64,000 nt of DNA, taken from positions 863 through 64,862 of the forward strand of contig UQNM01000001.1 in assembly GCA_900542395.1 (NCBI GenBank). Direction: 5' to 3'. Shown piece after piece: positions 19,566-29,743 of this stretch. Each line of letters opens with the position of its first letter. Positions within the stretch are counted from its first letter, which is position 1. The DNA is from an uncultured Eubacteriales bacterium (lineage in GTDB: Bacteria > Bacillota > Clostridia > Christensenellales > Aristaeellaceae). The notes under the pieces were generated by a model. It saw only the letters and a list, made by a program, of their open reading frames with translations. It did no database searches and had not been told where the DNA came from. A program made the translations under genes and the position numbers.

Positions 19566-20245
19566 TGGAAACGATCAAAATCATCGCCCGAATCCGCAGC
19601 GACTTTCCGCAGAAATTCGGTATTCCCCGCCAGAGCGGCGTCGTGCCGGAAACGCGCGCGGAAATCGTGTTCGAAAAGCCCTATCAAAACCCGGACGCGC
19701 TGCGCGGCGTCGAGGGCTTTTCGCATCTGTGGCTGATCTGGGGCTTTTCCGCCTGCGAGCGGGATGAGTGGTCGCCGACGGTGCGCCCGCCGAGGCTAGG
19801 CGGCAACGCGCGCATGGGCGTGTTCGCCACGCGGTCGCCGTTTCGCCCCAATCCCATCGGGCTGTCGTCCGTGACGCTTGAGGAAGTGCGGCTGCACACC
19901 CCGGAGGGACCGGTGCTCGTCGTCGGCGGCGCGGATCTGATGGACGGAACGCCGATTTATGATATCAAGCCCTATCTGCCGTATGCCGACTGCCACCCGG
20001 AGGCGACGGGCGGCTTTGCGGAGGAAAAGCGGCATTACGCGCTGGCGGTCGATTTTCCGGCGGCGCTGGAGGCGCGGATCGACCCGGCGCACCGGGCGGC
20101 GCTGCGCGGCGTGCTGGCGCACGACCCGAGACCCTCGTACCAGAGCGACCCTGAGCGCATGTACGGCGTGGCCTTCGCGGGGAAGAACGTCAAATTTACC
20201 GTCGAGGACGGCGTGCTGACGGTGCGGAAAATCGAGAAAATATAA
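19565..20245 (+). CDS. trmO: tRNA (t6A37) methyltransferase TrmO (YaeB family)
   Basis: YaeB/TsaA fold motifs; ATG overlaps the gntR stop (TAATG). Confidence 0.75.
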   Translation: METIKIIARIRSDFPQKFGIPRQSGVVPETRAEIVFEKPYQNPDALRGVEGFSHLWLIWGFSACERDEWSPTVRPPRLGGNARMGVFATRSPFRPNPIGLSSVTLEEVRLHTPEGPVLVVGGADLMDGTPIYDIKPYLPYADCHPEATGGFAEEKRHYALAVDFPAALEARIDPAHRAALRGVLAHDPRPSYQSDPERMYGVAFAGKNVKFTVEDGVLTVRKIEKI

Positions 20246-20258
20246 TATAAAGAACGAG

Positions 20259-20449
20259 GCTGTTAAGCTAACAAAACCGATATTTCAAGGAAAACTAAGA
20301 GTTTTTGCCCGAAGGTTTCCAAAGGGCGATGCGCCAAACTGGCGCCGTAAACGCTCGGAAAGCCCTTTGGTGGGGCGATGGGGCAAAGCCCCATATTCTG
20401 AAAATGCTTAGTTTTTGATTCTTGAAATATCTGGATTGAGCTTGACAGC
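20259..20449. repeat. Family A MITE-like repeat, copy 2 (inverted relative to copy 1, about 20 bp longer)
   Basis: TIRs GCTGTTAAGCT / AGCTTGACAGC; internal sequence homologous to 944-1110. Confidence 0.7.
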
Positions 20450-20475
20450 CTCGTTTTATGTCGGCGCGTATGAAA

Positions 20476-21246
20476 TCAGGAATTTTCGTCGTCCTTCAAT
20501 AAATCCTTCAGCTTCTGATCCGGCGCGGAGGCTTCGTCCTCCGGCAGATGCAGGTCGATGTGGTCGCCGGGCTGCTCCAGCGCGACGATGCGCGTCTGCG
20601 GGGTTTCCCCGGTGACGGCAAAGCGCAGCGCGACGTCCGGCCGCCCCTGAAAGTGCATCGGGATAAAGACCTTGGGCTTGACAGTCATGATGAAATAGCC
20701 CGCGCCCGCGTCGTACATGCTGCCCTGACGGGGATCGACCGGGAAAAACGCCACGTCGATCTTCTGCTTGGGAATCGGCGCGACGCAGTCGTAGAACGCG
20801 CGCTCGGCGGATTCGATTTCCGTGACGGAGGATTCGTCCCGCCAGTGCCACAGGTTCAGGTCGCCCGCGTGGAACAGCGTGACGCCCGCAAAATCGACGC
20901 AGAACGAAACGCCATCGTCCGTCGAGCCGTAGGCGTTCACCGTCAGCGCGCCGAATGTGCGCGCCTCGCCGGGGGACATGCGCACGCCCTTGTAGGGCTG
21001 CGGAATGTCAAACCCGAGGATATAGGTCGCGTTTTCGCCGCACAGATCGTAGATCGCCGGGGAAAAGTGATCGTCGTGGTGATGGCTGACAAACACATAC
21101 AGCTTTTCAAACGCCGCGAGCGCCGCCGGATCGGGCAGAGCGCGCCGATCCGGGCCGGATTCGCTGGCGTCAAAGAGCAGGCCGGTGCCGCCGAGCGAAA
21201 CGAGGAAGCCGCTTCCCCCTAAATAGTCAATCGCGATATCCTTCAT
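20476..21246 (-). CDS. MBL-fold metallo-hydrolase
   Basis: HHHDDH motif. Confidence 0.8.
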   Translation of the reverse strand: MKDIAIDYLGGSGFLVSLGGTGLLFDASESGPDRRALPDPAALAAFEKLYVFVSHHHDDHFSPAIYDLCGENATYILGFDIPQPYKGVRMSPGEARTFGALTVNAYGSTDDGVSFCVDFAGVTLFHAGDLNLWHWRDESSVTEIESAERAFYDCVAPIPKQKIDVAFFPVDPRQGSMYDAGAGYFIMTVKPKVFIPMHFQGRPDVALRFAVTGETPQTRIVALEQPGDHIDLHLPEDEASAPDQKLKDLLKDDENS

Positions 21247-21535
21247 ATCGATGCGCTCCTTTCCGTATATTCGCTCCTTTCATTTTATCCATTTTTTTCC
21301 ACTTGTCAATCTTTTTCACCGCTCTTTCTCCACCGATGCTCCATTAAGGCGGCAAAAACGGTTTGAAACGGGAATGGCTGCACCACTTTCTGTCAAAATT
21401 CGTCATAAAGTGTCGGAAATCGTGATTCGCGCGCACCCCGCCGCGTCCGGCGCGGCGGATGGGAGCGTTTGAAAATTGTCAGGCAAATTGTGTTTTTCGC
21501 CATGTTGACCGCGCCGAGATTTGGCGCATTTAACG

Positions 21536-21564
21536 TTGACACATTTTGCCGCCCTCCGTATAAT
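21536..21564 (+). promoter_or_regulatory. Consensus sigma-A promoter (TTGACA-17-TATAAT) for the marR-ABC operon
   Basis: Exact -35/-10 hexamers with 17-bp spacing, 32 bp upstream of the GTG start. Confidence 0.7.
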
Positions 21565-21595
21565 AACTCACAGTGTTAGCAAAAGGAGGGATTCT

Positions 21596-22072
21596 GTGAC
21601 AGGTAACGCCGCGCTGACGGAAGAAATGACGCGCCTGCTGGATGAACACCCGCGGGAGGCGCGGGAAAACCGTTTCAGCGCAAGCCTGTGCGGCGAAATG
21701 GCCGTGATGCGGCTTTTGCATAACGGGACAAAGAAAAAAATGACGGCGGGCGAGCTGAGCAGCAGGCTGAGCATGACCACCTCGCGCGTCGCCGCCGTGC
21801 TGGGCAGCCTTGAAAAGAAGGGGCTGCTCGAGCGCGAAAACGACGCGGTTGACCGCCGCCGCGTGCTCGTCTCCCTGACGCAGGCGGGCGAGGCGCTCTG
21901 CGAAAAGCGCAAAGCGCATTTTAAGAGCAAAATCGCGCTGCTGCTGTCCATGCTGGGCGACGACGCGCCCGAATTTGTGCGGCTGCTCGGGCGGGTGTTT
22001 GAAATCACGTCGTCCGATGCGTTCAGGCGGTGCGAGTGCATTGAAGAAGATCAGGAGGGATTCAATGGCTGA
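21596..22072 (+). CDS. MarR family transcriptional regulator
   Basis: wHTH MarR core; GTG start with AAGGAGGG RBS. Confidence 0.7.
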   Translation: MTGNAALTEEMTRLLDEHPREARENRFSASLCGEMAVMRLLHNGTKKKMTAGELSSRLSMTTSRVAAVLGSLEKKGLLERENDAVDRRRVLVSLTQAGEALCEKRKAHFKSKIALLLSMLGDDAPEFVRLLGRVFEITSSDAFRRCECIEEDQEGFNG

Positions 22073-23867
22073 AACAAAACCGGCCGGCGCAAAAAAGCAT
22101 ATCACCGGCGCGCGCATTGCGCGGGAAATCAAACAGTATAAAAAGGACGCGCTGATTTCGCCGATGTATACCGTGTGCTGCGTCATTCTCGAAATTCTGA
22201 TTCCGTATCTCACCGCGTCCATCATCGACAAGGGCATCGCCGTGGGAAACATGGCGCACGTCGCGAAGATCGGCGCGCTGATGGCGGTGATGGCGATTCT
22301 GGCGATGTTCTTCGGCGTTCGCGCGGGCGTGCACAGCGCGCGGGCGAGCACGGGGCTGGCGAGCAATCTGCGCGAATCCATGTTCGGGCGGATTCAGGCG
22401 TATTCCTTCTCCAACATCGACAAGTTCTCCACCGCAGGGCTTGTCACGCGCCTGACCACCGACGTCACCAACATCCAGAATGCCTTTCAGATGATTCTGC
22501 AAATCTGCACCCGCGCGCCGGTGACGCTGATCGTCGCGCTGTTCATGGCGTTTTCCATCAACGCGAAGCTCTCGCTCGTGTTTCTGGTCGCGATGGCGTT
22601 TCTGGGCGTGATGATCGTCGTGCTCATCCCCAAGGCGATGAAATATTTCAAGCTGATGTTCCGCAAGTACGACGCGGTGAACGGCGTGGTGCAGGAAAAC
22701 GTCGGCGCGATCCGCGTGGTCAAGGCGTTTGTCCGCGAGGATTACGAGGATGAAAAATTCTCCGGCGCGGCGAACGCGCTGTTCAAAAATTCCATCTCCG
22801 CCGAGCGCATCATCTCGTTCTCCATGCCGATCATGCAGCTCACCGTCTACGCCTGTATTCTGTCCATCAGCTGGTTCGGCGCGAAGATGATCGTGGGGCA
22901 GACCGGCCTGACCACGGGCGAACTGACCAGCCTGCTCTCCTACGTGATGAACATCCTGATGAGCCTGATGATGCTCTCCATGGTCTTTGTCATGGTCACG
23001 CAGTCCGCCGCGGCGGCGCAGCGCATCGAGGAGGTGCTCGAGGAGCAGCCGGACATCACCAGCCCGGAAAACGCGGTCAAGACCGTGAAGGACGGCTCCG
23101 TTGATTTCAGTCACGTGACGTTCGCCTATCAGCAGCGCAGCGGCAAGCCGGTGCTCAGCGATATCGACCTGCACATCCGCTCCGGCGAGACGATCGGCGT
23201 GATGGGCGGCACGGGCTCCTCGAAGTCGAGCCTCGTCAGCCTCATCTCCCGCCTGTACGACGTGACGGCGGGCGAGGTGCGCGTCGGCGGCGTGGACGTG
23301 CGCAAATACGACGTGGAGAGCCTGCGCGACGCGGTTTCCGTCGTGCTGCAAAACAACGTGCTCTTCTCCGGCACGATTTACGATAACCTCCGCTGGGGCA
23401 ATGAAAACGCGACGGACGAGCAATGCCGCGAGGCCTGCCGTCTGGCCTGCGCGGACGAATTTATCGAGCGATTCCCGGAAAAATACAACACCCGCATCGA
23501 GCGCGGCGGCACGAACGTATCCGGCGGCCAGAAGCAGCGCCTGTGCATCGCCCGCGCGCTGCTCAAAAACCCGAAGGTGCTCATTCTGGATGACTCCACC
23601 AGCGCCGTCGATACCGCGACGGACGCGAAGATTCGCGAGGCCATGCGCACCCACATCCCCGGCACGACCAAGATCATCATCGCGCAGCGCATTTCCTCCA
23701 TTCAGGATGCGGATCGCGTGCTCGTGCTGGACAACGGCCGGGTCAATGCGTTTGATACCCCGGAGAATCTGCTGAAGACCAACGCGATCTATCAGGAGGT
23801 CTACAACAGTCAGGCCGGAAGCGGCAGCGGCGACTTTGACGAGGCCGCCATGAAGGGAGGCGACTGA
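22065..23867 (+). CDS. ABC transporter permease/ATP-binding protein (exporter half, fused TMD-NBD)
   Basis: Six TM segments, Walker A GGTGSSKS, LSGGQKQR signature; AGGAGGG RBS. Confidence 0.85.
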   Translation: MAETKPAGAKKHITGARIAREIKQYKKDALISPMYTVCCVILEILIPYLTASIIDKGIAVGNMAHVAKIGALMAVMAILAMFFGVRAGVHSARASTGLASNLRESMFGRIQAYSFSNIDKFSTAGLVTRLTTDVTNIQNAFQMILQICTRAPVTLIVALFMAFSINAKLSLVFLVAMAFLGVMIVVLIPKAMKYFKLMFRKYDAVNGVVQENVGAIRVVKAFVREDYEDEKFSGAANALFKNSISAERIISFSMPIMQLTVYACILSISWFGAKMIVGQTGLTTGELTSLLSYVMNILMSLMMLSMVFVMVTQSAAAAQRIEEVLEEQPDITSPENAVKTVKDGSVDFSHVTFAYQQRSGKPVLSDIDLHIRSGETIGVMGGTGSSKSSLVSLISRLYDVTAGEVRVGGVDVRKYDVESLRDAVSVVLQNNVLFSGTIYDNLRWGNENATDEQCREACRLACADEFIERFPEKYNTRIERGGTNVSGGQKQRLCIARALLKNPKVLILDDSTSAVDTATDAKIREAMRTHIPGTTKIIIAQRISSIQDADRVLVLDNGRVNAFDTPENLLKTNAIYQEVYNSQAGSGSGDFDEAAMKGGD

Positions 23868-23869
23868 GC

Positions 23870-25771
23870 ATGATGGGACGAAACAGAAACGCCGGAAAGC
23901 CCGGCGCGAAGAACCCCGGCAAGACGTTTAAGCGCATCATGGCCGAGATCATGGGTCGATATAAGCCGCACTGCGTCGCGGTCGTGCTCTGCCTGATCGT
24001 CAGCGCGGTGGCCAACGTCTACGGCACGATGTTCATGCAGCGCCTGATCGACGATTACATCACCCCGATGATCGGCCGCCCCGACCCGGATTTCGGCCCG
24101 ATGGGGCGCGCCGTGCTCGGCGTCGCGCTGGTGTACCTCCTCGGCGCGTTCAGCGCGTGGCTGTACAATTACCTGATGATCTTCGTCTCGCAGGGCACGC
24201 TCAAAAACCTGCGCGTCAAGCTCTTTTCCAAGATGGAGCGCCTGCCGATCAAGTATTTTGACACGCATGCCCACGGCGATATCATGAGCGTCTACACCAA
24301 CGACATCGACACCATGCGGCAGATGATTTCCCAGTCCATGCCGCAGCTCATTTCCAGCGTCGTGACGATTGTGAGCATCGTGATCTCGATGATCATTCTC
24401 AACGTGCCGCTGCTGATCATCACGCTGTTCATGGTCGCCACGACGATGACGCTCTCCGTCAAGCGCATCAAGAGCGCCGGGCGCTTCTTCGTCGCCCAGC
24501 AGCAGGATCTGGGCAGGGTCAACGGCTATATCGAGGAGATGATGGACGGCCAGAAGGTCGTCAAGGTCTTCTGCCACGAGGAACAGAATTTCGCGGGCTT
24601 CAAGCAGCTCAACGATTCCCTCCGCGAGAGCGCCTACAACGCCAACCGCATCTCCAACACCATCATGCCGCTGACGATGGCGATGGGCAACCTGAGCTAT
24701 GTGCTCTGCGCGGTGGTCGGCGGCCTGCTGGCCTCCGGCGGCTACCTCGGCCTGACCATCGGCACGCTGGTCTCCTTCCTGACGCTGAATAAGAGCTTTA
24801 ACCAGCCGATCAATCAGGTCTCCCAGCAATCCAATTCCATCATCATGGCGCTGGCGGGCGCGGAGCGCGTCTTTGACCTGCTGGATGAAGCGCCCGAGGT
24901 GGATGATGGCTATGTCACCCTCGTCAACGCGAAGAAGGACGAAAACGGCGTCATCACCGAAAGCGACGGCCGCACCGGCCTCTGGGCGTGGAAGCACACG
25001 CACAAGGACACGGGCGAAACCGAGTATCGCGAGCTGAAGGGCGACATCGTGATGGATCACGTCGATTTCGGCTACAGCGACGACAAGATGGTGCTTCACG
25101 ACATCAAGCTCTACGCCACGCCGGGGCAGAAGATCGCGTTCGTCGGCTCGACCGGCGCGGGCAAGACGACCATCACCAACCTGATTAACCGATTCTATGA
25201 CATTCAGGATGGCAAGATCCGCTACGACGGCATCAACATCAACAAGATCAGGAAGGACGACCTGCGCCGCTCGCTGGGCATCGTGCTTCAGGATACGCAC
25301 CTGTTCACCGGCACGGTGATGGAGAATATCCGCTACGGCCGTCTGGACGCGACGGACGAGGAATGTATCGAGGCCGCCAAGCTCGCCAACGCGGACGGCT
25401 TCATCACCCGCCTGCCGGACGGCTACAACACCATGCTCAAGGGCGACGGCGGCAACCTCTCGCAGGGGCAGCGTCAGCTTCTGGCCATCGCGCGCGCGGC
25501 GGTCGCCGATCCGCCCGTGCTGATTCTCGACGAGGCGACCAGCTCGATCGACACCCGCACCGAGGCGCTCGTTCAGGCCGGCATGGATTCCCTGATGAAG
25601 GGGCGCACCACGTTCGTCATCGCGCACCGCCTGTCCACCGTGCGCAACAGCGACTGCATCATGGTGCTCGAACAGGGGCGCATCATCGAGCGCGGCACGC
25701 ACGACGAGCTGATCGCCCAGCGCGGCAAATATTACCAGCTCTACACCGGCGATTTCGAGGAAAACGATTGA
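23870..25771 (+). CDS. ABC transporter permease/ATP-binding protein (partner half of a heterodimeric exporter)
   Basis: Walker A GSTGAGKT, LSQGQRQL signature. Confidence 0.85.
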   Translation: MMGRNRNAGKPGAKNPGKTFKRIMAEIMGRYKPHCVAVVLCLIVSAVANVYGTMFMQRLIDDYITPMIGRPDPDFGPMGRAVLGVALVYLLGAFSAWLYNYLMIFVSQGTLKNLRVKLFSKMERLPIKYFDTHAHGDIMSVYTNDIDTMRQMISQSMPQLISSVVTIVSIVISMIILNVPLLIITLFMVATTMTLSVKRIKSAGRFFVAQQQDLGRVNGYIEEMMDGQKVVKVFCHEEQNFAGFKQLNDSLRESAYNANRISNTIMPLTMAMGNLSYVLCAVVGGLLASGGYLGLTIGTLVSFLTLNKSFNQPINQVSQQSNSIIMALAGAERVFDLLDEAPEVDDGYVTLVNAKKDENGVITESDGRTGLWAWKHTHKDTGETEYRELKGDIVMDHVDFGYSDDKMVLHDIKLYATPGQKIAFVGSTGAGKTTITNLINRFYDIQDGKIRYDGININKIRKDDLRRSLGIVLQDTHLFTGTVMENIRYGRLDATDEECIEAAKLANADGFITRLPDGYNTMLKGDGGNLSQGQRQLLAIARAAVADPPVLILDEATSSIDTRTEALVQAGMDSLMKGRTTFVIAHRLSTVRNSDCIMVLEQGRIIERGTHDELIAQRGKYYQLYTGDFEEND

Positions 25772-25778
25772 TAATGAG

Positions 25779-25946
25779 GCTGTTAAGCTAATAACACCGA
25801 TATTTCAAAAATAAAAATAAGTATTTTCGCCCCGAAGGTTTCCAAAGGGCGACCGGAAAGCCCTTTGGTGGGGCGATGGGGCAAAGCCCCATATCCGAAA
25901 TACATGGATATTTGCTTCTTGAAATGTTCGGTCTATGCTCAATAGC
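25779..25946. repeat. Family A MITE-like repeat, copy 3 (right end degenerate; possible extension to about 26048)
   Basis: Starts with GCTGTTAAGCT directly after the ABC gene stop; internal homology to copies 1 and 2. Confidence 0.6.
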
Positions 25947-26127
25947 TTCTTTTGAACGGAAAAGAAGCCGAAGAACGCCTGAAAGGTGTCCCCTGTGTGA
26001 AAACGCGGGGGATTTTTTTCGTTCGCCGGGATAAATTTGACAGCCTCATGCGTTTCTATGGTATAATCGGAGGGAAGATTTTCCCGCCGAGGCCGTCTGC
26101 CCGGCGGCAGGCAGGAGGCTGGCACGA

Positions 26128-26784
26128 TTGAATCAGGCTTGGTATCAGGTGGCGTCCATGGGCTTTGGGTATCTCAGCGCGGCGATCATCGCGCTGATCG
26201 TGCTGCTGGCCTTTCGGAAATACACGAAAGACCGCGCGCTCTGGCGGCGGGTCAAAAAGAACCTGCCGCGGACGGGCGCGGCGGGCCGCCTGATTGTGCT
26301 TTCTGCGGGGAACCGGCGGCTCCCGGCGGGAACGGAGCTGTGCGTGCCGTTTGAGGGGACGCTGGGCGGCTCGATGGGCTGCGACGTCTGTGTGCCGTAT
26401 AAAAGGGTGCACATGCGCTCGGCGTTTTTCTGGGTCGAGGGCGAGGCGCTGCACCTCGTGCCGCTGCATAAGGACGGATTTCTGGCGGATGAAACGCCGA
26501 TTGAACCGGGCGACGAGGCCATCATGCGCGACGGCGCGATGCTGCGCGTCGGCGAATTGAAGCTGGTGCTGCGGATGTATGACCGCGGCGAAGGCATTGC
26601 CGGCGCGGACGAGCCGTATGTGACCCGCGCCCGCCGCAGCAAGGCCGGACAGGGGCGCGGCGACGGGCTGGGCGCGCCGACGCGCGGCGCGATCCGCAGG
26701 GAGAAGAAGCGGATGAATCAGAGCGAAGCGGACGAGGACGAACGAGCCTCCGCCGCACAGAAGGATAAAAAGATGCGGAGGTGA
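26128..26784 (+). CDS. membrane-anchored FHA domain protein
   Basis: N-terminal TM segment and C-terminal FHA-like region (G..CDV.V....V...HA.F ... PGD...I.DG); start codon uncertain (TTG 26128 or ATG 26158). Confidence 0.65.
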   Translation: MNQAWYQVASMGFGYLSAAIIALIVLLAFRKYTKDRALWRRVKKNLPRTGAAGRLIVLSAGNRRLPAGTELCVPFEGTLGGSMGCDVCVPYKRVHMRSAFFWVEGEALHLVPLHKDGFLADETPIEPGDEAIMRDGAMLRVGELKLVLRMYDRGEGIAGADEPYVTRARRSKAGQGRGDGLGAPTRGAIRREKKRMNQSEADEDERASAAQKDKKMRR

Positions 26785-26788
26785 CGGC

Positions 26789-28312
26789 GTGGCTCCACGC
26801 AAGCGCGATGCGCAGATGCAGGAAGACGGGCAGACCGTCTATAAACCCGCAAAGAAAGCGAAAACCGTCGTGAAGGAAGAGCCGGAGGACAAAAAGCCCA
26901 TCCGCCTCAAGCCGGCGCGGACGAAAACGGGCAGGCTCAAGCCCGAAGCGGCGAAAGAAGAAAAAAAGCCGCCCCGGCGCTATGAGCCGGAGCAGAAGCT
27001 GACCGGGCGGGAGAAAAAGGAAAAGGCGCGCGCCGCCGCCGTCGCCCGCGACCGGCGCAGGGCGGTCAGCCGCGCGGGGGACGGATGCGTGACGATGATC
27101 GCGCTGCTGACGGCGGTGTTCGAGGTGCTCGGGCTGCTGCTCTGCGCGGCCAAGGCGGAGGGCGCGTGGGATACGCAGGCGGTCAAGCTGTGCATGGTCA
27201 TGGCGCCGCTGGGGCTGCTCACCACGCTGGCGCTGCCGCGGTTTCTGCCGATGGATTCGCTGGTGATGGCGCTGACGAATTTCCTCTGCGGCGTGGGCGT
27301 GGTGGTGCTCTATACGGTCTCGCCCGAACGCGGCGCGCGGCAGGCGATGTTCTACGCGATGGGGCTGGCGGCGATGCTCGTGATGAGCGAAATCGTCTTC
27401 CATGTGCGCCATTTCCGGGGGCTGACGCTGCTGGGCATGGCGCTGGGCATCGGCGCGCTGATTCTGCCGCTGGCCTTCGGCGAATGGAACAACGGCGCGA
27501 AGAACTGGGTATCCGTGCCGCTGCTCGGCTCGTTCCAGCCCAGCGAAATCGTGAAGCTCTCGGTGGTGCTGGCGCTGGCGTATTTCTTCAGCGCGCATCG
27601 AACCGTCTGGCAGATGATGCCCGCGCTCCTGTTCGCGGCGGCCTGCCTTCTGCTGCTGATGATGCAGCGCGACCTCGGCACGGCGCTGATCTATTACCTG
27701 ACGACGCTGGTGCTGTTCTACGTCGCCTGCGGCAACGTGCCGCTGACGATCCTCGGCCTCGGCGGCGGCGCGGGCGCGGCGGTGCTGGGCTATCAGATGT
27801 TCGCGCACGTCAAGGTGCGCGTGGCGATGTGGCGCAACCCGTGGAGCGACCCGACGGACAAGGGCTATCAGATCATTCAGGCGCTGCTGGCCATCGGCTC
27901 GGGCGGGCTGTTCGGCGTGGGGCTGGGGCAGGGCACGCCGGAGAAAATCCCCGCCTATTACAACGACTTTATCTTCGCCGTGGTCTGCGAGCAGCTTGGG
28001 CAGGCGTTCGGCGTGCTGCTGCTGGCGGTCTATGTGCTGCTGATTCTGCGCGGGGTGACGGTGGTTGCCCGCGCGCGGCGCTCGTTTGAGATGCTGCTGG
28101 GCTGCGGCGTGCTGGCCATGCTGGGGATTCAGACGTTTATGATCGTCGCGGGCGTCATCAAGATGATTCCGCTGACGGGCGTGACGATGCCCTTCCTCAG
28201 CTACGGCGGCTCGTCGCTGCTCTCGTGCATGGCGATGATCGGGATTCTGCACGGGGCGAGCGCAAGGGCGCAGGAAAATCTGGAAGAAGATATTCTGTGC
28301 GTGAGAGGGTGA
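26789..28312 (+). CDS. SEDS family peptidoglycan glycosyltransferase (FtsW/RodA) with a ~110-aa Lys/Glu-rich N-terminal extension
   Basis: FtsW/RodA TM core; GTG start; disordered basic N-terminus. Confidence 0.8.
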   Translation: MAPRKRDAQMQEDGQTVYKPAKKAKTVVKEEPEDKKPIRLKPARTKTGRLKPEAAKEEKKPPRRYEPEQKLTGREKKEKARAAAVARDRRRAVSRAGDGCVTMIALLTAVFEVLGLLLCAAKAEGAWDTQAVKLCMVMAPLGLLTTLALPRFLPMDSLVMALTNFLCGVGVVVLYTVSPERGARQAMFYAMGLAAMLVMSEIVFHVRHFRGLTLLGMALGIGALILPLAFGEWNNGAKNWVSVPLLGSFQPSEIVKLSVVLALAYFFSAHRTVWQMMPALLFAAACLLLLMMQRDLGTALIYYLTTLVLFYVACGNVPLTILGLGGGAGAAVLGYQMFAHVKVRVAMWRNPWSDPTDKGYQIIQALLAIGSGGLFGVGLGQGTPEKIPAYYNDFIFAVVCEQLGQAFGVLLLAVYVLLILRGVTVVARARRSFEMLLGCGVLAMLGIQTFMIVAGVIKMIPLTGVTMPFLSYGGSSLLSCMAMIGILHGASARAQENLEEDILCVRG

Positions 28313-28337
28313 TTTTATCAAGGTTATCAAGCGGCGC

Positions 28338-29723
28338 ATGCACCTGCTGACGCTGCTGCTGGTGCTGATGTTCGCGCTGGTGATCGCGTATTTCTGCTAC
28401 TCCGTCTATTTCTACGGCGGGCGCTGGGTCGCGAACCCCTATAACCCGCGCATCAGCAGCCAGAAGCGGCATGTCGTCATGGGCACGCTGACCGACAGGG
28501 ACGGCACGGTGCTGGCCTATACGGATGAGGACGGCAGGCGGCGCTACAACGGCAGCGCGGCGACGCGCAAGGCGGTCTGTCAGGTGGTCGGCGACAGCGG
28601 CGGCAAGGTTTCCACCGGCGCGGACACGTTCCACGCGCAGTTTCTGCTGGGCTTCCGCTCCAGCATCTTCGAGCGGCTGGCCGACGCCTTTACCGGCACG
28701 ACCCAGCGCGGCGACGACGTCCGGCTGACGATCTCCGAGCGGCTCTCCCGCTACATCAGCGAGCAGTTCCCCGCGGGCAAGCGCGGCGCGGTCGTCGTGC
28801 TCAATTACAGGACGGACGAGATTCTGGCGATGGTCTCCATGCCGCAGTTCGACCCGACGAACATGGATTCGGCGCTGGCGGACGAAGCGGCGGGCGCGCT
28901 CATCAACCGCGCGACGCAGGGGCTGTATCCGCCTGGCTCGACGTTCAAAATCGTGACGCTGGCTTCCGCGCTGGAAAATCTGCCCGATCTGAACGATTTC
29001 GCGTTTGACTGCACGGGCTATTATCCCGTGGGCAACTACGCCGTCACAGACGGCAGCGCGCACGGGGTGCAAACCCTGTCCGACGCATTCGCGCGCTCCT
29101 GCAACACGACCTTCGCCGCGCTCTCGCAGGATCTCGGCTATGAGATGCTGGGCAATACGGCGGAGGAGATGGGCTTCAACCGGAACTTCATGTTCAGCGA
29201 TTTGATCGTCTACAATTCCAGCTACCCCATCGACGACCTGAGCGCCGAGGATCTGGCATGGTCGGCCATCGGTCAGGGGCGCGTGCTCGCCACGCCGATG
29301 CACATGGCGCTGATCGCCGCGACGATCGCCAACCGCGGCGTGATGAACGAGCCGCGCCTCGTCGCGCAGATCACGACCGCGCAGGGCGGAAACCGCGCGC
29401 TGCTCAGCCACGCGGGCGGCAGGCGCGTGCTCGGCGAGGACGTGGCGGCGCGGCTGGAAAAAGAGATGATCCGCGTGGTCAAATCCGGCACGGGCAAGCG
29501 CGCCGCGCTGGATAACGGCTATACCGTCGCGGGCAAAACCGGCTCGGCGGAGGCCAGCAACGACAAAAGCATCGAATCACATGCGTGGTTCGTTGGCTAT
29601 ATCACCAATGACAGCGCGCCTTACGCGATCTGCGTCCTCGTGGAAAACGGCGGAAGCGGCGGCGGCGTGGCCGCGCCGCTGGCGCGGAAGACGCTGCAAA
29701 AGGCGATCCATCTGGGATTATAA
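28338..29723 (+). CDS. penicillin-binding protein 2 (class B transpeptidase)
   Basis: STFK, SCN and KTGS transpeptidase motifs. Confidence 0.85.
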   Translation: MHLLTLLLVLMFALVIAYFCYSVYFYGGRWVANPYNPRISSQKRHVVMGTLTDRDGTVLAYTDEDGRRRYNGSAATRKAVCQVVGDSGGKVSTGADTFHAQFLLGFRSSIFERLADAFTGTTQRGDDVRLTISERLSRYISEQFPAGKRGAVVVLNYRTDEILAMVSMPQFDPTNMDSALADEAAGALINRATQGLYPPGSTFKIVTLASALENLPDLNDFAFDCTGYYPVGNYAVTDGSAHGVQTLSDAFARSCNTTFAALSQDLGYEMLGNTAEEMGFNRNFMFSDLIVYNSSYPIDDLSAEDLAWSAIGQGRVLATPMHMALIAATIANRGVMNEPRLVAQITTAQGGNRALLSHAGGRRVLGEDVAARLEKEMIRVVKSGTGKRAALDNGYTVAGKTGSAEASNDKSIESHAWFVGYITNDSAPYAICVLVENGGSGGGVAAPLARKTLQKAIHLGL

Positions 29724-29743
29724 TTCAAGGAGGTTTTTTAGCG